Shown here: piece by piece, positions 57,950 to 64,000 of the stretch | Layout of the letters: every line of letters begins with the position of its first letter | Position numbering within the stretch: position 1 is the first letter of the stretch | Origin: Deltaproteobacteria bacterium | GTDB taxonomy: Bacteria; Myxococcota; Kuafuiibacteriia; Kuafuiibacteriales; Kuafuiibacteriaceae | Direction: 5' to 3' | DNA: 64,000 bases | NCBI GenBank assembly: GCA_040218735.1 | Contig: JAVJQW010000041.1 | Coordinates: forward strand, 384,001 to 448,000 | Position numbers and translations under genes: made by a program | Notes under the pieces: generated by a model | What the model was told of the DNA's origin: nothing | What the model saw: the letters and a program-made list of their open reading frames with translations, nothing else | Database searches by the model: none

Positions 57950-60100
57950 ATGTCACGTACCCAGCTCCGGCACGGCCGGTTCATCGCATCGATCTGCGCC
58001 GGTCTGGCGGCGCTCACCTTCACGGGTTCGGCGTTCGCCGAGCCGTGGGCCGGCGACGTCACCGGCGAGACGCCCTGGACCACCGCGACCGGCGACTTCG
58101 ACAACGACAACCAGCGCGACCTGGTCTTCGGTTTCCCGAAGCGCTCGGGCAACGGCCTGGTCGGCATCTGGATCAACGACGGAGACCCGCGCCACAGCGC
58201 GGTCGAAAACGGCAGCAACAACGGCGCCGCCTACTTCAACCTCGTCCAGAACAACTTCCTCACGATCTTCCCCGCGTCGCCCGTCATGCAGGGCTCGCCG
58301 GTCTACAACCAGGCCCAGCCGCTCTTCGGCGCGAGCGTCGTGACCGGTGACTTCGACAACGACGGCAAGGACGACATCGCGTTCGGCGCACCCGGCGCGA
58401 CGATCAACGGCCGCTCCAACGCCGGCGCGGTCGTCGTCATCTACGGCAAGGACCTCGGCAACCCGAACGCGAACATCCCGCCGACCCCCGGCGCTGCGGT
58501 CACGTTCACGCAGGACTCACCCGGCGTCGGCTCCTCCGCGGAGACCAACGACTACTTCGGTGAAGTGCTCGCGGTCGGTGACTTCGACTGCAACGGCGTC
58601 GACGACCTCGCGATCGGTGTTCCGCGCGAGGACATCGGCTACAGCGCGCCGGACGCCGGCTACGTGCACGTCCTCTACGGTCAGACGAACAGCGGCCTCA
58701 CCGGCGTCGGCAGCTCCACGCTGTGGCAGGGCGGCGGCCCGCTCTCGGACACCTACGAGGCCAACGACCACTTCGGCGCCGCGCTCGCGGGCGGGGCCTT
58801 CGCGCCGTCTTCGTACTTGGGCCAGCGCTGGTGTGACAGCCTCGCGATCGGCGTGCCCGGCGAAGACTTCACGTACAACTACCAGACCCGCGTCGACGCC
58901 GGCCGTGTGCACCTCATCATCGCGCCGAGCTACGCGCAGGGCGGTTACTTCACGGGCTTCAAGCCGATCACCGAAGGCTTCGAGTTCCTCCTCGACCAGT
59001 CCACGAACGGCGTCTACTCCTCCCCCGAGAACAACGACACGTTCGGCTCGGCGCTCGGTCGTGTGACCGGATCGCGGGCTGCTCGCGGCAGCCCCACCCC
59101 ATTCATCGACGCGCTGTGGATCGCCGCCGCCGGCGAGTCCTGCAACAACTGTGTGGACGGCGTCGTGCACCGCCTCGACTGGTACCTCGGCAGCTCCTGG
59201 ACCGGCTCCAGCGTGCGCCCCGACATCCTGGAGACCGAGACCGGCGTCGTCGTGGAGAAGGGCGACCAGTTCGGCCGCTGGTTGCAGTACATCCCGGAAG
59301 GCATCGACCCGCAGACCGCCGAGATGTTCGTCGTCTCGCCCGGCACCAACAAGTACACGTCCTCCGAGAGCGCCGCGTGGCCCGCGGGGCGCGCCAACGC
59401 GAACCGCTACATGGCGTACGACGGCTTCGTGCAGGCGGCCGACGACCTCGGCTTCGTGCTGATCATCCCCGAGTGGGAGGACTACAACTTCGGCAACGAC
59501 TTCCAGCCCAACTTCAACGCGGGCGGCTACCGTGCGCTCCTCGGTCGCGACATCCGCGCCGACTGGTGGATCGACCGCATCGTGGACCGCTACGCAAACG
59601 TCGGTCTCGGCGACGGACGGATGCACCTCTTCGGTCACTCGGCTGGCGGACAGTTCGCGATTCGCTACGCGCTGCAGCGCCCCGAGCGGATGCTGAACGT
59701 CATCGTCGAGTCGTCGGGCAGCATGCCGCGTCCCACGATCGACGAGAACCCGAACGACGGCATCGAGCCGACGCCGAGCCCTTGGCGCGGTGGCTTCGGC
59801 AACATCTGGCTCCCGGCGGCGAACGGTTGGCCGGCGCTCGTGTTCTTCCCCAACGAGGCGGGCGCGGCGTGGGCCGCGGCGAACCGCCCGATCAGCATCG
59901 TGGCCGGGTCGCTCGAGGGCGCTTCGCACACGGACGTGGTGATGGACTGGATGGACGACGTCGCGACGACGTGGGGCCCGCACCAGATGACGTACTGCGA
60001 AGTGCAGGGCGTGGACCACGACTCCAAGAGCGCGCACCGCTCCGCGCTCAAGACCGTGTGGCCGAGCCTGTCGTTCCCGGGCGCGCCCGCGTGCAACTGA
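57950..60100 (+). CDS. Secreted FG-GAP (integrin-like propeller) protein fused to an alpha/beta-hydrolase
   Basis: Signal peptide; FGASVVTGDFDNDGKDDIAFGAPG and FGEVLAVGDFDCNGVDDLAIGVP repeats; GHSAGG nucleophile; GVDH. Confidence 0.85.
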   Translation: MSRTQLRHGRFIASICAGLAALTFTGSAFAEPWAGDVTGETPWTTATGDFDNDNQRDLVFGFPKRSGNGLVGIWINDGDPRHSAVENGSNNGAAYFNLVQNNFLTIFPASPVMQGSPVYNQAQPLFGASVVTGDFDNDGKDDIAFGAPGATINGRSNAGAVVVIYGKDLGNPNANIPPTPGAAVTFTQDSPGVGSSAETNDYFGEVLAVGDFDCNGVDDLAIGVPREDIGYSAPDAGYVHVLYGQTNSGLTGVGSSTLWQGGGPLSDTYEANDHFGAALAGGAFAPSSYLGQRWCDSLAIGVPGEDFTYNYQTRVDAGRVHLIIAPSYAQGGYFTGFKPITEGFEFLLDQSTNGVYSSPENNDTFGSALGRVTGSRAARGSPTPFIDALWIAAAGESCNNCVDGVVHRLDWYLGSSWTGSSVRPDILETETGVVVEKGDQFGRWLQYIPEGIDPQTAEMFVVSPGTNKYTSSESAAWPAGRANANRYMAYDGFVQAADDLGFVLIIPEWEDYNFGNDFQPNFNAGGYRALLGRDIRADWWIDRIVDRYANVGLGDGRMHLFGHSAGGQFAIRYALQRPERMLNVIVESSGSMPRPTIDENPNDGIEPTPSPWRGGFGNIWLPAANGWPALVFFPNEAGAAWAAANRPISIVAGSLEGASHTDVVMDWMDDVATTWGPHQMTYCEVQGVDHDSKSAHRSALKTVWPSLSFPGAPACN

Positions 60101-60109
60101 AGCGGTACC

Positions 60110-61462
60110 TCAGATGTTCATCTCGACCTGTAGGTAGCCGATCGTCGGGTTCGGCGTGGGCGCCCCTCGGGCGGCGTTCACGGCGAACCCGCGGCGCCAC
60201 AGGTGTGCGAAGCCTCCTTCCAATCTCACGTTCCCCGGCAGGACGTCGTACTGCACGCGCACTTCGAATTGCTCGCCGAGCGTCGCCCCCGACTGACCCG
60301 TGGGATCGCTGTACCCCGACCCGAACCAAGCGTCGCGCGCGGCGGCGAGTGTGAACGAACGGGCGGTGATGAGCGTGCGGACCCCGTCGAAGGGGCTCGC
60401 GTCGAGTTGGATCCCCGGCGTGAACAGGTTCGTACGGTTGAACGCGAGGTAGATCATCGTCGGCCCGTACTCGGGGCGCGGGACACCGTAGAGGTGGTTG
60501 AAGCCGTGGCTCACGTCGTCGTCGGGATCCTCGTCGCCGCTGGCGTACTCGAACGTGAGGGACAGGCTGGGCTGGGCCCACACGTCGAAGGTGTAGCCGG
60601 TGGACGCGTGGAGGAAGCCGGCAAGGTGGTTCAACTGCTCGACCTCGCCGACCTGAAGGAGCGCCTCCAGCTCGAAGTGGACGTCACCCACCGCGGGGTT
60701 CTTCACCACGCGGACGCCGGGGTTGAGCAGGTCGGCCCGGCCGTTGGCGCGGCGGTCGTGGCGACCGAAGACATACGGCTCGAACGCGACGTCGCCGAAG
60801 ACCCGCCGCACGTAGACGCCCCAGAAGACGTTGTCGAAGGACTCCGTGTCGAGCTCGAAAGCGTTGTCCGCGATCGCGTCGCGGTCGGTTGGTCTGATTC
60901 GCACCGGGAGCGTCGCGAACGCGTCGACGGTCGTGTCGCTCGCTTCGTAGTGCAGGTGTCCGCCGGTGAACGCGTTGATCGTGTTGCGGTAGCGGTTGCG
61001 CGCGATGAAGCGACGGCTACCGAGGTCGAGCGTGAAGCGACCGAGGAGGAGCGACAGCTTTCGCTCTTCGTTTTCGGCGTCGAAAGCGACGTACGCCTGG
61101 AGGATGTCGAGCGGGTTGGCGTACGCGAAGTCGACGGGAGTGTTGTCGTCCGAGAGGTACGCGCGCATGTCGACGACCTCCCCGCCGACGCGCCACGCCG
61201 AGCCGCGCGCCTCGGCGAAGATACCGGTACGGGTCGAGAGCACCTGGTCGCCGCCCGTCAGGCCGGCCCGGAACTGTTCGTCGATCGCCTCGAAGCGGGT
61301 CTGGTTGTGCAGCTCGACCGTGAGCCACTCGGGGAGGCGGTCCGAGAGCCGCCAGGGCTCGGCCGACGACGACCTCGGAGAGGAAGTCGTCATGGCCACG
61401 AATGCGATGGCCGCGAGCTGCAGGGCGGTGGCGCGGGGCCATCGGTTCTCGGCGATCGACAT
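60110..61462 (-). CDS. Alginate-export (AlgE-like) family outer-membrane porin
   Basis: TRFEAIDEQFR; ILQAYV; GRFTLDLGSRRFIARNRYRNTINAFTG; YASGDEDP. Confidence 0.82.
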   Translation of the reverse strand: MSIAENRWPRATALQLAAIAFVAMTTSSPRSSSAEPWRLSDRLPEWLTVELHNQTRFEAIDEQFRAGLTGGDQVLSTRTGIFAEARGSAWRVGGEVVDMRAYLSDDNTPVDFAYANPLDILQAYVAFDAENEERKLSLLLGRFTLDLGSRRFIARNRYRNTINAFTGGHLHYEASDTTVDAFATLPVRIRPTDRDAIADNAFELDTESFDNVFWGVYVRRVFGDVAFEPYVFGRHDRRANGRADLLNPGVRVVKNPAVGDVHFELEALLQVGEVEQLNHLAGFLHASTGYTFDVWAQPSLSLTFEYASGDEDPDDDVSHGFNHLYGVPRPEYGPTMIYLAFNRTNLFTPGIQLDASPFDGVRTLITARSFTLAAARDAWFGSGYSDPTGQSGATLGEQFEVRVQYDVLPGNVRLEGGFAHLWRRGFAVNAARGAPTPNPTIGYLQVEMNI

Positions 61463-61551
61463 GGGCGTGGCACGTAACATCGATTCGATGCGGCGTCGCG
61501 GTGTTCCGCGTTGATGCGCCGACGCACAAAACTCACCGATCCGCGCGGTGC

Positions 61552-63327
61552 ATGTTGCTGAGGCCTCAGAACTCACCGAAGGTGTTCGTGGGGGGACTCT
61601 TGGCGGGAGGATCTGCGAGCGGCGCCAAGCCCGGACATGGCCTGGAACGTCGGCTCCTCGTGGGATGGGTCGCCGGGTCGGTCGTCGTGGGTCTCGCCGC
61701 GCTCGCCGGAGCGTTCTTCCCCCTCTACGACCTGCTGTTGGAGCAGCGCGAGGCCCAACTCCTGGAGCAGTGCCGTGCGACCGCACGCGGCGTCCAGCAG
61801 TTCGAGCGACGCATCGAGGCGATCGCGGCGCAGGTGTCGAGTCGAACCCGGGCGCGCGGTGCCCTCGAGGCGCTCAACACAGAACGAAGCACGCTTGCGG
61901 AACACGAGGCGATCGTCCGTCCGATCCTCGAGGACGCGCTCCGACGTTCCCGCGGTGCCATCGCGTGGTTGGTTCGTCACGACGCCGACGGGCGTCGTGT
62001 CATCGCCATGGGGTCCGAGGCCTCGCCCATCGCGCTGGTCCCGGACGCACCCGAGCTCCTCCTTCGGGGCGTCGTCGAGAACGCCGGGGAACGCTACGTC
62101 GTCGTCGAGTCCGCGATCCTCGACCCGACCGGGCGTCGCGTCGGGACCGACCAGGTCGGGTTCGATCTGGCGGCGCTCCGTGCCTTGTTGGACGACGCGA
62201 CGTTGCTCTCGTCGGACGGACAGATCGCCCTCGGGGCTCCGCTCTCTCGCGCGTGGCGGGACTGGGCGTTGGCGCCGACCTCCGAGGTGGTGGCGGACGA
62301 CGAGGTCGGTGAGCGGCTCCTGACCCGCGCGGCGGTCGACGATACCCAGTGGTGGGTCGTCCGCTCGACGCCGTACGCGTCCTCGATCACCGGCCAGCCG
62401 CTTCGGCGCCTGTTCTGGATCATGGCGGTGTTGATCCTCGTCGTGGTCTTGGCGACGGCGCTGTCGCCGGTTCTGTTGGCGCCCGTGTCACGACGACTCG
62501 TGGCGGACGCGCGTCGGATCGAGGAGGAGTCCGCGTCCCGGTTGGAGGCCGAGGAGGCGCTTCGAAAGCACCTCGACAACCTCGAAGAGGTGGTCGCGGA
62601 GCGCACCGCTTCCTTGGAGCGTTCGAACGCGGACCTCGAGCAGTACGCCTACCTCGTCTCGCACGATCTCAAGGGCCCGATTCGCACGATCTCCGCGTTT
62701 GCGGAGGTCCTCGAGGGCAACGAGGCGATCGCCGAGGACCCTGAGGCGCTTCACCAGATCCACTTCGTCCGCCAGGCCGCGAAGCGTTCGTCGGACATGG
62801 TCGATGCGCTCCTGGAGCACGCGCGTGTTTCGCGGGTGTCGTTGGCTCCGACGACGGTCTCGCTCGATGAGGTCACCCAGGAGATTTGTAGGGATCTCGG
62901 TACGCGAATTCGGGACACGGGTGCGAACATCGAGGTGGGTCAGCTCCCGACGCTCGAGACGGACCCGCAGCTCGTTCGGTGCATCCTCCAAAACCTCATC
63001 GAAAACGCGTTGAAATATCGGCGGCCCTCCACCCCTCCGCACGTCTGGGTGCGATCGACGGACGTCGATGGGCGCATCGTGGTCGAGGTCGAGGACAACG
63101 GTGTGGGCTTCGACCCGAAACACACCGAGCGGGTGTTCATGAAGTTCTCGCGCCTCCACAACGACGACGCGATCGAGGGCGTGGGGATCGGGCTCGCCTT
63201 GGTTCAACGTTCCGCCGAGCGACTCGGAGCCCGGGTGTCGGCGAGCTCACGACCCGGGGTCGGTAGCTGTTTCCGCGTCGAGTTCGGCGTCGATCTCGAA
63301 GAAGACCTCAGCCCGAGAACGCGATGA
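61552..63327 (+). CDS. Membrane sensor histidine kinase (start uncertain)
   Basis: Two TMs; LEQYAYLVSHDLKGPIR; QNLIENALKY; EDNGVGF; GVGIGLA. Confidence 0.88.
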   Translation: MLLRPQNSPKVFVGGLLAGGSASGAKPGHGLERRLLVGWVAGSVVVGLAALAGAFFPLYDLLLEQREAQLLEQCRATARGVQQFERRIEAIAAQVSSRTRARGALEALNTERSTLAEHEAIVRPILEDALRRSRGAIAWLVRHDADGRRVIAMGSEASPIALVPDAPELLLRGVVENAGERYVVVESAILDPTGRRVGTDQVGFDLAALRALLDDATLLSSDGQIALGAPLSRAWRDWALAPTSEVVADDEVGERLLTRAAVDDTQWWVVRSTPYASSITGQPLRRLFWIMAVLILVVVLATALSPVLLAPVSRRLVADARRIEEESASRLEAEEALRKHLDNLEEVVAERTASLERSNADLEQYAYLVSHDLKGPIRTISAFAEVLEGNEAIAEDPEALHQIHFVRQAAKRSSDMVDALLEHARVSRVSLAPTTVSLDEVTQEICRDLGTRIRDTGANIEVGQLPTLETDPQLVRCILQNLIENALKYRRPSTPPHVWVRSTDVDGRIVVEVEDNGVGFDPKHTERVFMKFSRLHNDDAIEGVGIGLALVQRSAERLGARVSASSRPGVGSCFRVEFGVDLEEDLSPRTR

Positions 63328-64000
63328 ACAACGTGAACACCGGGCCGCGCGCCTGGCTCCGCACGCCGAGGCCGGCGAGGCTGAACTGCGCGCTCGTGCC
63401 GACCTGCCAGCGGTCGCTCGCGAGGAACGTCGTCTCCAGGATCGTCGAGGTGAACGACGTGCCGTTCGACTGACCCGCCGGGTTCTCGACCGACGCTGCT
63501 CCCCCGGTGTCGAGCGCGTGCCGCCCGCCGAGCCGCAAGACACCTTGCAGGCGCCACCACCGTCCGCCGAGCTCGGCGCGCCAGTCGAGCATTCCGTCGT
63601 AGCCACCGAATCGCTGCACCCACCCGATCGCGGCGGAGGTCCAGGCGGCGTCCCACGCCCAGCCGAGCTCGGCGCGGCCGGTGAGATCGAGCTGCCCCGG
63701 ACCGGCGCGGAGCTCGGCGATGGTCGCGCCGTCCTCGTCCGCGAGCGGCGCGATGACCTCGCCGGACGCCACGGGCACGCCGAGCCAACCTTCGAACGCG
63801 AGCGCTCCGCGACCGAAGCTCAGCGCCGTGTAGCGCACGCCCGCGCGCGGGTCGCCGGGGCGCACGAGTGATCGGCTCGTTTCGCCGTCGATGCGAAACC
63901 ACCGAGCGACGTCCCACTGCGCGAGGAGCGTCACGCCCGACCCGAGGCTCAGCTCGGCCGACAGCGCGTTCGTGAGCTCGCGGTAGCCCGGGATCGGCGT
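63308..64000 (-). CDS. Putative outer-membrane beta-barrel protein, partial (5' end beyond window)
   Basis: Frame open to window end; amphipathic strands; C-terminal VFTLFIAFSG. Confidence 0.55.
   Translation of the reverse strand, partial: TPIPGYRELTNALSAELSLGSGVTLLAQWDVARWFRIDGETSRSLVRPGDPRAGVRYTALSFGRGALAFEGWLGVPVASGEVIAPLADEDGATIAELRAGPGQLDLTGRAELGWAWDAAWTSAAIGWVQRFGGYDGMLDWRAELGGRWWRLQGVLRLGGRHALDTGGAASVENPAGQSNGTSFTSTILETTFLASDRWQVGTSAQFSLAGLGVRSQARGPVFTLFIAFSG

Noticed and set aside
61511-61524. TTGAT half-site between the porin and kinase genes (possible FNR box)
   Set aside because: The second half-site ATCAA is absent at N4 spacing

Overview
Very GC-rich, gene-dense chromosomal window, most likely from a myxobacterium (Myxococcota). 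The evidence is a MYXO-CTERM-like sorting tail, many lipoproteins with DAG/RDGG linkers, DUF4388 and J-like proteins, and a TSP3+vWA lipoprotein. About 49 CDSs are supported. No rRNA, tRNA, CRISPR array, transposase or integrase was seen. Recognisable content: hemN, ppk2, ppx/gppA, selO, a tol-pal cluster split by an inverted hybrid histidine kinase, a BlaI/M56-headed heavy-metal RND efflux operon, a VOC-WYL pair with twin palindromic operators, and three sensor kinases. The most notable signal is two independent caspase-family protease + ECF sigma + membrane anti-sigma modules: C14 caspase-like at 2.7-5.6 kb and CHAT + S8 protease at 52-58 kb. Each has its own bipartite promoter-like motif, repeated with fixed spacing in front of neighbouring genes for exported proteins (TCGCTCC-N13/14-YCGTAC x4; TCAGAT-N18-AYGWC x3). 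A divergent, extended orphan ectoine-synthase-like (EctC) cupin also lies at 31.1-32.2 kb. All family assignments come from motif recognition by eye; no database search was run.
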